Below, piece by piece: positions 1 to 8,868 of a stretch of DNA of 27,148 bases. Origin of the DNA: Candidatus Krumholzibacteriota bacterium (lineage in GTDB: Bacteria; Krumholzibacteriota; Krumholzibacteriia; LZORAL124-64-63); the NCBI GenBank assembly GCA_039714075.1, contig JBDLKA010000043.1, positions 1 to 27,148 of the forward strand. The letters run 5' to 3'. Position numbers and translations under genes: made by a program. The notes under the pieces were generated by a model. The model did no database searches. It saw nothing but the letters and a program-made list of their open reading frames with translations, and was not told the origin of the DNA. Numbering within the stretch: the first letter of the stretch is position 1; the number at the start of each line of letters is the position of its first letter.

Positions 1-1
1 C

Positions 2-2134
2 ACGTTCTCCATTGAAACCGGACAGATGGCCAAGCAGGCCAACGGCTCCTGCGTGGTGCGCATGGGCGACACCATGACCCTGATGACGGTCACGGCCGAC
101 AAGAGGCCCAGCGACAGGGATTTTCTGCCCCTGTTCGTCGAGTACCGCAACAAGACCTACGCCGCGGGAAAAATTCCCGGTGGCTTTTTCAAGCGTGAAG
201 CCCGGCCCACCGAGCGCGAGACGCTCACCTGTCGTTTGATCGACCGTCCGTTGCGCCCCCTGTTTCCCAAGGGCTACCGCCACGAGACCCAGGTCGTCGC
301 CTTCATCATCAGTGCCGATACCGATTTCCATGCCGACACCCTGAGCATCACCGGCGCGTCCATGGCCCTGGCCCTTTCCGACGTGCCCTTCACCGAGATC
401 GTTTCCGGTGTGCGCATCGCCGACATCGACGGCGAGTTCGTGGCCAACCCCAGCTTCGAGCAGCTGGAGGAGTCGACCATGGATCTGATCGTCGCCGGCA
501 CCGACGACATCGTCGGCATGATCGAGGGCGAGTGCCTGGAAGTTCCCGAAGAGCGTCTGCTGGACGCCATCGAGTTCGCCCAGGGCTGGATCCGCAAGCT
601 GAACGCCCTGCAGCGCGAACTGCTGGCCAAGGCCGGCGGCAAGGAAAAATGGGACTTCGTCACGCCCGAAGAGAACGCCGACATCATCGCCAAGGTCGAG
701 GAATTCATCTCCGCCGACCTGAAGGAAGCCATCGTGGTCAAGGGCAAGTTCGAGCGATCGAACGCCCTGTCGGCCGTTAAGGAAAAGGTGGCCGCCGAGT
801 TCACCACCGAGGACGGCGAGCCCGATCCCGAGGCCAAGGAGGCCTTCGGCAAGGTCGAAAAGAAACTCATGCGCGAGATGATTCTCACAGAGGGTACCCG
901 GACCGACGGCCGTGACCTGACGACCGTGAGGCCGATCACCATCGACTGCGGCGTGTTGCCGCGCGCCCACGGCTCCTGCCTGTTCACCCGCGGCGAGACC
1001 CAGTCCCTGGGCACCGTCACTTTGGGCAGCAAGCAGGCCGAGCAGCGCATCGAGCCCCTGAACAGCGAGCAGTACTGGAGCAAGTACTACCTGCACTACA
1101 ACTTCCCCCCGTTCAGCGTGGGTGAGGTCGGCCGTTACAGCGGCACCGGGCGCCGGGAGATCGGCCACGGCAAGCTGGCCGAGCGCGCCATCCGCCCCAT
1201 CCTGCCGGACCTGGAGGACTTCCCCTACACCATCCGCCTGGTGAGCGACATTCTCGAGAGCAACGGCTCCAGTTCCATGGCCACGGTCTGCTCCTGCTGC
1301 CTGGCCATGATGGACGCGGGCGCTCCCATCGAGAAGAAGGTCGCCGGCGTGGCCATGGGTCTGGTCAAGGAAGACGACAGGACGGCCGTCCTGACGGACA
1401 TCCTGGGCGTCGAGGATCACCTGGGCGACATGGACTTCAAGGTGACCGGCACGCGCGACGGCATCACGGCCTTCCAGCTGGACACCAAGATCGCCGGCCT
1501 GAGCCGCGACATCATGGTCAAGGCCCTGACCGACGCCAAGAACGCCCGGATGCACATCCTGGACGTGATGGACGAGGCCATGCCCGCCCCGCGCGCGGAA
1601 ATGAGCGAGTTTGCCCCGAAGATCGACACCGTGCAGATCCCCGTGAAGAAGATCGGCACCCTGATCGGCCCCGGCGGCAAGGTCATCAAGAGGATCCAGG
1701 AGGAGACCGGCGCCACCATCGAGGTGGACGACGAAGGCATGGTCTTCATCTCCAGCACCGACCAGGCCAGCGGCGCGGCCGCCATGGACTTCGTGGTGGG
1801 CCTGATGGCTGAGCCCGAGATCGACAAGGTCTACGACGGCGTCGTCAAGACCATCGTCGACTTCGGCGCCTTCGTGGAATACCTGCCGGGCAAGGACGGC
1901 CTGCTGCACATTTCCGAACTGGAACACTTCCGGGTCGGTAACGTGGAGGACGTCCTGCAGGTGGGCGACAAGGTCCAGGTCAAGCTGGTCGAGATCGACA
2001 GCCGTTCCGGGAAGGTCAGGCTCAGCCGCAAGGCTTTGCTGCCCCGTCCCGAAGGCATGGAGGACTCTCCCCGGGATGACCACCGCGGTGGCGGCGGACG
2101 CGGCGGACGCGGCGGACACCGCGGCCGGCGGTAG
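2..2134 (+). CDS. pnp: Polyribonucleotide nucleotidyltransferase (PNPase), 5'-truncated by the window edge
   Basis: The frame is open from base 2 ([15 protein letters not shown], typical PNPase N-terminus). Motifs: [61 protein letters not shown] (IGPGGK) and S1 (FGAFVE..GLLHISE) domains. Confidence 0.99.
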   Translation, partial: TFSIETGQMAKQANGSCVVRMGDTMTLMTVTADKRPSDRDFLPLFVEYRNKTYAAGKIPGGFFKREARPTERETLTCRLIDRPLRPLFPKGYRHETQVVAFIISADTDFHADTLSITGASMALALSDVPFTEIVSGVRIADIDGEFVANPSFEQLEESTMDLIVAGTDDIVGMIEGECLEVPEERLLDAIEFAQGWIRKLNALQRELLAKAGGKEKWDFVTPEENADIIAKVEEFISADLKEAIVVKGKFERSNALSAVKEKVAAEFTTEDGEPDPEAKEAFGKVEKKLMREMILTEGTRTDGRDLTTVRPITIDCGVLPRAHGSCLFTRGETQSLGTVTLGSKQAEQRIEPLNSEQYWSKYYLHYNFPPFSVGEVGRYSGTGRREIGHGKLAERAIRPILPDLEDFPYTIRLVSDILESNGSSSMATVCSCCLAMMDAGAPIEKKVAGVAMGLVKEDDRTAVLTDILGVEDHLGDMDFKVTGTRDGITAFQLDTKIAGLSRDIMVKALTDAKNARMHILDVMDEAMPAPRAEMSEFAPKIDTVQIPVKKIGTLIGPGGKVIKRIQEETGATIEVDDEGMVFISSTDQASGAAAMDFVVGLMAEPEIDKVYDGVVKTIVDFGAFVEYLPGKDGLLHISELEHFRVGNVEDVLQVGDKVQVKLVEIDSRSGKVRLSRKALLPRPEGMEDSPRDDHRGGGGRGGRGGHRGRR
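2091..2117 (+). repeat. Three tandem copies of GCGGCGGAC within the pnp 3' end (encodes RGG-type repeats)
   Basis: Directly visible at 2091-2099, 2100-2108 and 2109-2117. Confidence 0.9.
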
Positions 2135-2145
2135 GCCCGACCCCG

Positions 2146-3456
2146 ATGAACCTCGATCCCTACAGGAACGAGACTCCGCCCCGCCGGGAAGTGCTTCCCG
2201 GCGGGGCGGTCCTGCTTTCGGTTCCCATGCGCACCGCACATGGCGTGACCCTCGGCGTCTGGCTGCGGACCGGCAGCCAGGATGAACCGTCGGGCCTGGG
2301 CGGCGTGTCCCATTTCCTGGAACACATCGTTTTCAAGGGCACCAAAAACCGTTCCGCCTTGGAAGTGGCCGAAACCTTCGACCGGATGGGCGCCGCGGTC
2401 GATGCTTTCACCACCAAGGATCTGGTGGCCTTCACCATCAAGATCCTGCCGGAGTTCTTCGCCGAGGCGGTGGCCCTGCTGGGAGAAATGCTGCTCGAAC
2501 CGCAGCTGGATTCCCGGTTGCTCCACCTGGAACAGGATGTGGTCTGCGAAGAGATCCAGGAGGCCCTCGACACCCCCGAGGACAGGCTTCACGACAGCTT
2601 TGCCGGACAGCTTTACGGCAGCAACGGACGGGGCCGTCCCATCCTCGGCTCTCCAGGCGTGGTCCGCACTTTCGGGGCAGAGCTCATGCGGGAACAGCAC
2701 CAGCGGCTGCTGGCCCCGGCGAACATCGTCATTTCCATGGCCGGCAATATCATGGACGGCTTCCATGAAACAGTCGCCGAGACCTTCGCCATGCCCGGCT
2801 GGACCGGCCCGGCGGGCCCCGGCTTCGCCCATGACGCCGCCGCCCCGCCCGCGGCGGCCTTCATCGATCTGGATCTGGACGAGGCCGACCCCTTTCGCCT
2901 GGAACTGACCAGTCCCATCATCCAGACCTATTTCGAGATCGGCAACCTGGGGATTCCCTTCCATCACGACGACCGGGTGCCGGTGTTCCTGCTGACCAAC
3001 ATGCTCGGCGGGGGCATGAGCAGCCGCATCTTCCAGGCCGTGCGGGAAAAGGAAGGGCTGGCCTATACGGTCTACAACTATTCCGACATGGGCCGGGACA
3101 TCGGCCTGGTCAGCTGCGCGGGGTCCTGCTCGCCGGATAAGCTGGAACGTCTCGAGGACGTTATTCGCATGGAGTACTACCGCTTGATCAGCGAAGGCGT
3201 GAAGACCGCGGAACTGGACAGCAACCGGGCCCAGATCAAGTCCCAGCTGATTTTTTCGCTGGAGGGCATGGTCAACCAGATGTACCGGTCGGCGCGGAAT
3301 GAAATCCTCTACGGCCGGTTTTTGCCGGTATCCGAGCTGGTGGACGATATCGACGGGATCGTTGTGGACGACATCGTGCGCTGCGCCGAATCCTACTTCA
3401 ATCCCGATTCCCTTCTGGTGGCGACCCACGGGCCCGTCGACACGAGGGATGGCTAG
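2146..3456 (+). CDS. M16 family (pitrilysin/MPP-like) zinc peptidase
   Basis: Inverted zinc motif HFLEH-IVFKGT, (N/D)AFT, downstream EEI, C-domain LGGGMSSRIFQAVREKEGLAY. The position immediately after pnp is a well-known synteny. Confidence 0.95.
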   Translation: MNLDPYRNETPPRREVLPGGAVLLSVPMRTAHGVTLGVWLRTGSQDEPSGLGGVSHFLEHIVFKGTKNRSALEVAETFDRMGAAVDAFTTKDLVAFTIKILPEFFAEAVALLGEMLLEPQLDSRLLHLEQDVVCEEIQEALDTPEDRLHDSFAGQLYGSNGRGRPILGSPGVVRTFGAELMREQHQRLLAPANIVISMAGNIMDGFHETVAETFAMPGWTGPAGPGFAHDAAAPPAAAFIDLDLDEADPFRLELTSPIIQTYFEIGNLGIPFHHDDRVPVFLLTNMLGGGMSSRIFQAVREKEGLAYTVYNYSDMGRDIGLVSCAGSCSPDKLERLEDVIRMEYYRLISEGVKTAELDSNRAQIKSQLIFSLEGMVNQMYRSARNEILYGRFLPVSELVDDIDGIVVDDIVRCAESYFNPDSLLVATHGPVDTRDG

Positions 3457-3481
3457 CCTGTTCCGCAACCCGGGAACGACC

Positions 3482-3928
3482 ATGCAAAACCATGTTTTCG
3501 AATTGGCCGGGACGTCCGATCTGGCTGCCGTTACTTCCTTCTATGAGACGGTTGGTTACAGCGGTGGGGTTCACCCTGGCGATCGCCTTCTCGTGGGCCT
3601 CCTGGACGGCAGGATCGTCGCCGCCGTTCGGTTGTGCGAAGAAGAAGGTCTCCTTGTTCTGCGAGGAATGTATGTCGCCCCGGATTTTCGCAGCCGAAGG
3701 CTCGGCACGGAGTTGCTCCGGTTCGCTTCTTTGGAAATCGGACCGCAAGAATGCTGGTGCGTGCCCTACGAGCACTTGACCGGGTTCTACGCGGAGATCG
3801 GATTTCGTGTGTGTGCGGGGGAGTCGGTTCCGGAATTTCTCGTGGAGCGCCAGGCGCGGTATGCGGGGAATGGGCATGTGGTCACGATCATGCGGCGAAG
3901 AGCGGGCTTGCCGGTGACGGAAGCCTGA
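3482..3928 (+). CDS. GNAT family N-acetyltransferase (148 aa)
   Basis: ATG at 3482, 25 nt after the peptidase stop. Acetyl-CoA motif A (MYVAPDFRSRRLGTELL) and motif B (FYAEIGF). Confidence 0.85.
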   Translation: MQNHVFELAGTSDLAAVTSFYETVGYSGGVHPGDRLLVGLLDGRIVAAVRLCEEEGLLVLRGMYVAPDFRSRRLGTELLRFASLEIGPQECWCVPYEHLTGFYAEIGFRVCAGESVPEFLVERQARYAGNGHVVTIMRRRAGLPVTEA

Positions 3929-4089
3929 AGAAGTGGGTGAATGACAGCAAATATATTGTCAAAAAGGCTCGACAAACTGAATTGAAATATTAACCCATTG
4001 ATAATGAATAAGTTAATTTTATTCAGCCGGTTTGCCGTGGTGGGGCGTCGTTCAGATACCTAATCAAGAGCCCCGCCCGGGAAGTCCGT

Positions 4090-4119
4090 AAAAAGGGGCC
4101 AGCAGACGGCCGGCCCCTT
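4090..4119 (-). terminator. Rho-independent terminator of the aminotransferase
   Basis: Minus strand reads AAGGGGCC-N11-GGCCCC-TTTTT, about 30 nt after the stop at 4150. Confidence 0.75.
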
Positions 4120-4149
4120 CTTAGTCACTTGAAGGCCGGCTGCCCGGCC

Positions 4150-5355
4150 TCAGTCCCAGTTCAGGTTCGCCGCGTCAAGCAGATCCATGACCCGTTGGAT
4201 CCTGACATCGTCGGCCACCAGTGAGGTCCGCACGTAGCCGCGACCGTGCTGGCCGAAGCCGCTGCCGGGCGACAGCAGGACGCCCGATCTGGCGAACACT
4301 TCGGAAATGAAGCCGAAATCATCGTCGCCCCAGGAGGCCGGGATGCGGGACCAGATGTACATGGTGGCCGCAGGGGCGGGAACAGTCCAGCCCAGCCGGC
4401 CGTAACCGGCAACCATCATTTCGCCGCGGTGTTGGTACAGGGCCCGGTTGTCCGCGCAGATCCGCTGATCGCCGGTCAGGGCCTCGACGGCGGCCATCTG
4501 GATGCCTCCGAACAGGGAAAAATCCACGTTGCTCTTGACCCGGCCCAACGTGGCGATGACCTCCGCACCGCCGACCGCGAAACCGACCCGCCACCCGGCC
4601 ATGTTGTGGCTTTTGCTCAGGCTCTGGAATTCCACGGCGACATCGCGCGCGCCTTCCACCTGGAAAACGCTGGGCGGCGGCTGGTGGGGATCGAAACCCA
4701 GTTCGCTGTAGGCGATGTCGCTGACCAGGAGGATCTGGTGCTCGCGGCACCAGGACACCGCCTTCCGGTAGAAAGCCAGGTCGCAGATCCCGCCGGTCGG
4801 GTTGTGGGGGTAGTTGAGGATCAACATCCGCGCCCGGTCGGCCACCTGGGCGGGAATGGATTCGAAATCGAGGACGAATCCCTGGTCCTCGGTCAGGGCC
4901 GGTTCGTGGATTTCCGCTTCGCACAGGCGGGCGGCCCCGAAATAGGCGGGATAACAGGGGCTGGGAATGATGACCGTGTCGCCGCTGTTCAGGTAGCCCC
5001 GCATCAGGTTGGCCAGGCCTTCCTTGGATCCGATCAGGGGCAGGGTCTCGGTTTCCGGGTCGAGTTTCACTCCGAAACGCCCGCCGTACCAGGCGGCGAT
5101 GGCCTGCCGGAAAGCCGCCAGTCCCCTGAAGGTGCCGTACCCGTGGCAATTCCAGGAATCATCAGTCAGGGTCCGGTTCAGGGCGGCAATGATGTTGTCC
5201 GGCGCCCGGCCGTCGGGATTGCCGACACCCAGATCGATGACCTCCCTGCCGGCGGCCAGGGCCTCTTCCTTCATCTTGAAGACGGTGGCGAAAACGTAGG
5301 GGGGCAGGTTGGCGACGCGGTCGGCGCAGGGGATGAGAAATTCAGGTCCGTTCAT
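4150..5355 (-). CDS. Class I/II PLP-dependent aminotransferase (LL-diaminopimelate aminotransferase / AlaC-like)
   Basis: LPPYVF..VIDLGVGNPD, GSKEG, LNYPHNPTG, DIAY, SLSKSHNMAGWRVG (PLP lysine), PGSGFG..GYVR; GAGGAG RBS. Substrate cannot be resolved by eye. Confidence 0.93.
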   Translation of the reverse strand: MNGPEFLIPCADRVANLPPYVFATVFKMKEEALAAGREVIDLGVGNPDGRAPDNIIAALNRTLTDDSWNCHGYGTFRGLAAFRQAIAAWYGGRFGVKLDPETETLPLIGSKEGLANLMRGYLNSGDTVIIPSPCYPAYFGAARLCEAEIHEPALTEDQGFVLDFESIPAQVADRARMLILNYPHNPTGGICDLAFYRKAVSWCREHQILLVSDIAYSELGFDPHQPPPSVFQVEGARDVAVEFQSLSKSHNMAGWRVGFAVGGAEVIATLGRVKSNVDFSLFGGIQMAAVEALTGDQRICADNRALYQHRGEMMVAGYGRLGWTVPAPAATMYIWSRIPASWGDDDFGFISEVFARSGVLLSPGSGFGQHGRGYVRTSLVADDVRIQRVMDLLDAANLNWD

Positions 5356-5463
5356 GATCTCCTCGATCCGGTCACGGGCGGTGGCGGGTCCTGCGGCACC
5401 CCCGATTCGAGCGGCTGGACTGGGCGCCGCCAGGGTGTCCGCACAGGGCTGCGAAGCGAGGGA

Positions 5464-5491
5464 AGTATACGAAGAATCAGGCGTGGGTAAA
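5464..5491 (-). promoter_or_regulatory. Putative sigma70 promoter for the aminotransferase
   Basis: Minus strand TTTACC-16 nt-TATACT, about 110 nt upstream of the ATG. Confidence 0.5.
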
Positions 5492-5530
5492 GGGGAATCG
5501 CCAGGGTGTGTCCGAGGGGTCGCTGGGCGG

Positions 5531-6601
5531 TCAGGATCCGAAAGTGAATTTGTCCTTTTTGCGGTTGATGGTGTACTGCCAGCCGAGGTCGTCGACGGTG
5601 ACCATGACTGAAGGCGTCAGCTGGCCGCTGCGGACCATTTCACTCAGGCTCGCGGGCCATTCGCCCTTCTGGTACCGGTACAGGCGGGCGGCGGTGACCA
5701 CCTCGGAGCGGATCTGGGCACGCCGCAGGGCTTCTCCGGGATTGGGACCCGGCGCGGGGCTGGCCGTCCAGCGCAGCCAGCCCAGGGCGCCGATGACCAG
5801 AACCGCCAGGATGGTGACGGGAAACGAACGCAGACCTGACTTCAGCTTCAGTTCGAAGCGTCTTTCCCCGCTGCCAGACTCTTCGTCGTCCGAACCCGGA
5901 TCGATCCGTTCGAGGATGCCGTCTTCGCACCAGGTCTTCAGCATGTCCCGGGCGACGAAACTCTCGGTTTTTCCCTGCCGGATGATCCGGCCCAAGGGCA
6001 ATCCCGCCAGGGCCATTTCCATGATCCTCTGCCCGATATCGGAAAGTTCCTCCGGAGCCGGCACGCGGTTTCCCTGTTTGAAGGTGATGGCCTGGGACGG
6101 CAGGAAATCCTTGAGCATGCTCTCTTCGTCCAACCGCCGGGCCGCCTCCATCAACAGGCCCTGCACGTCCAGGCTGTAGCGCCACTTGACTCCCGGAGGG
6201 GTGTCCTTGGTCGGCGTGAAGTGGTAGCGGCCACGGCGCATCTTCATGCCCGCGTGGGCCATTTCCTGGGCCAGGCTCTTGAGAACCCTGTCCATCTCCA
6301 TGTTGTCCATCAGGCATTCGGAGATCAGGATCTCGGTCAGGTCCAGGGAACTGTTCTTGCGCACGTATTCGATGTGCTTCCACTGCTGCTCGTTGAAGAA
6401 GCCGTAGGCGCGCAGGAATGATTCCAGCGGATCACGGGACCGGCTGCGGCGGTCACGGGTGGAAATGAGCACACCCTTGTCGAAGATGAACACCATGTTC
6501 CGGTTCGTCTCCAGGTTCAGGAACCCGGATTTCTGTTGACTGGCGAGCAATTGCAGGATCTCCGCCAGATTGAAGTCGCTCAGTTGGCCTTCCAGGGCCA
6601 T
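5531..6601 (-). CDS. DUF4388 (PatA_N-like) domain membrane protein with one TM helix and an exported C-terminal domain
   Basis: MALEGQLSDFNLAEILQLLASQQKSGFL and GLLMEAARRLDE are typical DUF4388 signatures. Hydrophobic helix at aa ~260-278; GGGAGGA RBS. Confidence 0.85.
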   Translation of the reverse strand: MALEGQLSDFNLAEILQLLASQQKSGFLNLETNRNMVFIFDKGVLISTRDRRSRSRDPLESFLRAYGFFNEQQWKHIEYVRKNSSLDLTEILISECLMDNMEMDRVLKSLAQEMAHAGMKMRRGRYHFTPTKDTPPGVKWRYSLDVQGLLMEAARRLDEESMLKDFLPSQAITFKQGNRVPAPEELSDIGQRIMEMALAGLPLGRIIRQGKTESFVARDMLKTWCEDGILERIDPGSDDEESGSGERRFELKLKSGLRSFPVTILAVLVIGALGWLRWTASPAPGPNPGEALRRAQIRSEVVTAARLYRYQKGEWPASLSEMVRSGQLTPSVMVTVDDLGWQYTINRKKDKFTFGS

Positions 6602-6613
6602 GGTCTTCCTCCC

Positions 6614-8662
6614 TTATCTGATCAGGATGCCGGAACCGGTCGTTGACTCGCGGTTGGCCTGGTTCGGTGTCAGTGAATAGCGGTCCGGGATGCTGCGGCG
6701 CAATCCGGGGCCGTCCAGTAATGCAATGAGCCAGGAAAGGGCGACCAGGGCCGCGCCGATGATTACGGAGCTTCCGGTCCAGCCCGGCCACATGGCCGCG
6801 GGCATGGGCAGCCACTTGGGGTGAAGGGTTTCACCGGGAAGCATCAGCCCGGGAGAAGCCCATTCCGAACCCAGGTCGAAGGTCCAGCCGGCGAACAACA
6901 GGAACAGTCCCAGTGACAACAGGGAAAGCCGGAAGAAAGCCGGCTTGAACTGGTCGGTGGCCAAGTAACCGGCCCCGGGCAGCAGACGGCCGACCTTGAC
7001 GACCCGGTGGCCGAGGGCCATCCCCTGTTCGCGGCTGCGGTTTTTCAGGAGTGTGGCCAGGACCATGTCGCTGCGGGATCTTTCGGCGGTCTCACCGCAC
7101 CCGGCGCACAGCCAGGCATTGTCGTGGACCCGGCAACAGTCATGGCAAAGAGGAATGCCGCAGTTCTCGCATTCGGTGGGATCGTTGAGGCGGTTCCACC
7201 ACATGATCAGGAACAGGGCCATCAGAAGCGGGCAGCCGACCAGGGCGAACAGGGGCAGCGGCGGCGCGCCCAGCAGGTGGCGCCACGACGACATGACCAC
7301 GAGTCCCGGATAGTTGGGCGCTTCATAACGGCAGGCCTGGTCCATGGCCGCGTTGGTCAGCGGCGGATAGACGACCGCCGCGTAGCCTTTGCGGCGGCCC
7401 GATCCCGGGGTCGAGAACGAGGGTATGAAACCCAGGGCCCGGGCCTGGTCCATGGCCTCGGTGGCTTCGGGCACGAAAAGTTTCTTGAAATAGACCTGGG
7501 CCAGGTTGTAGGGCACTTCGCCCCGCTTGGGGTGGACCGTGGCGATCTTGTTGTAGGCCTTGGCCGCGCTGTCCATGTGGCCGCGGAAGTAGGTGTTGTT
7601 GGCCGACCCGACCATGGCCGGGAAGTTTTCGGGGTCGTTCTCGAGGACCTTTTTGAACAGACGGCTGCTTTCCTTGTACTTGCCGCGCCGGGCTTCCTGT
7701 ATGGCCAGGGCCACCAGAAGCCGGTTGGTACGGTCCTCATCCCCGGAGGATTCAATTCTCTGCTTCAATTCCTGGATCATTTTTCCGGACGGCGGCAGGG
7801 TGCAGGCCCGGTCCAGCAGGGTGACCTCGCTGGTCGGATCGACCGTCGGAACGGCCGAGCGCAGCGCGGGCCAGCCGGGGAACACCAGTGCCAGGGCGAC
7901 CAGCCAGGTGGCCAGCAGCAGGTACCTGGTCTTGCCGCGGGCGTGGACGACCAGGGGAATCGACATGATGGCCAGGAATCCCATCCAGCCCGGTTTGAAC
8001 ATGACCAGGACCAGCGGCAGCAGGAACGGCAGCAGGAAGCGGGGCTGGTGCTTGGGATCCTTCAGGATGGTGGCTCCCATGTCGTGGGCCATTTTTCGCC
8101 ACCAGGCCAGGTACAGGCCGGACACCAGGACCGTCCAGAAGAATCCGTTCAATAGGAGAGCGCCCTGATGCCAGGCCACCAGGAAGTGGCCCCGGCCCAC
8201 CGGCGATTTCAAAAGAGCCCGGACCGAGTGGGGCAGGACCTTGAACAGGGTGGCGGTGTCCATCGACTTGAGGGCCTGGACCGAGCGCCACCACTGGTAG
8301 CGGGGATGCTCGGGGGCCGCCTTGATCGCCGCCGCCAGGTTCTTGGTCACTTCATCGGGGTTGTCGGTCATGGCCGCCTGCCGGGCAAGATGGAATCGCC
8401 AGGCGCCGGCCAACGGATCGTCCAGACGCGGCGGCACCTTGGGTGAGCGCGTCTTCTCGATGGTCGTGGCCTGGGCTTCGGGCAGAAGTTTTCTGCTGAT
8501 GTTGAGATCGGCACCGGCGTAGCGCGGGTCGAACTCCTCGGCTTCGGCCGCGTATTCCATCAGGGTATCAAGTGGGGCGGGGATGGCCGCAGCCTCCCCG
8601 GTCGCAATACCGAGGCAGGCCAATACCAGGGCCAGCCATGAGGTTCGGCTCGACACCTTCAT
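6614..8662 (-). CDS. Multi-pass membrane protein with TPR repeats and a Cys-rich zinc-finger-like segment
   Basis: Likely start ATG 8662 (MKVSSRTSWLALVLACLGIATGEAAA, signal peptide; AGGT RBS). TPR-like helices (FKKVLENDPEN, PYNLAQVY), several TM segments, CENCGIPLCHDCC..LCAGC. It ends 12 nt before the DUF4388 gene. Confidence 0.8.
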   Translation of the reverse strand: MKVSSRTSWLALVLACLGIATGEAAAIPAPLDTLMEYAAEAEEFDPRYAGADLNISRKLLPEAQATTIEKTRSPKVPPRLDDPLAGAWRFHLARQAAMTDNPDEVTKNLAAAIKAAPEHPRYQWWRSVQALKSMDTATLFKVLPHSVRALLKSPVGRGHFLVAWHQGALLLNGFFWTVLVSGLYLAWWRKMAHDMGATILKDPKHQPRFLLPFLLPLVLVMFKPGWMGFLAIMSIPLVVHARGKTRYLLLATWLVALALVFPGWPALRSAVPTVDPTSEVTLLDRACTLPPSGKMIQELKQRIESSGDEDRTNRLLVALAIQEARRGKYKESSRLFKKVLENDPENFPAMVGSANNTYFRGHMDSAAKAYNKIATVHPKRGEVPYNLAQVYFKKLFVPEATEAMDQARALGFIPSFSTPGSGRRKGYAAVVYPPLTNAAMDQACRYEAPNYPGLVVMSSWRHLLGAPPLPLFALVGCPLLMALFLIMWWNRLNDPTECENCGIPLCHDCCRVHDNAWLCAGCGETAERSRSDMVLATLLKNRSREQGMALGHRVVKVGRLLPGAGYLATDQFKPAFFRLSLLSLGLFLLFAGWTFDLGSEWASPGLMLPGETLHPKWLPMPAAMWPGWTGSSVIIGAALVALSWLIALLDGPGLRRSIPDRYSLTPNQANRESTTGSGILIR

Positions 8663-8868
8663 TCGACAACCTGTTCCGTTAGGGTACGCATTCGCTTGTT
8701 GAATCTTCCGTCTGATCGGTGGATGATCCCCCATCAAAGCGGGGATGCTGCGCCCACGACTCCGGATCCGGGATCCGGGCCGGGTATCCTCAATACAGGT
8801 ATCGTACATTTCGGGCAGGGATTTACCGGAATTTTCAATTAATCCTGTCCGCTTGATCTGGAGAAGTC

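Noticed and set aside
3991..4018. Chromosomal dif site or integron attC
   Set aside because: Only a partial XerD-like arm, with no ATAA-N6-TTAT core; the ends do not fit RYYYAAC/GTTRRRY. Kept only as an unexplained palindrome.
8760..8852. c-di-AMP riboswitch or other element upstream of ktrB
   Set aside because: No ydaO consensus; only a short CCGGATCC repeat and an imperfect hairpin compatible with chance.
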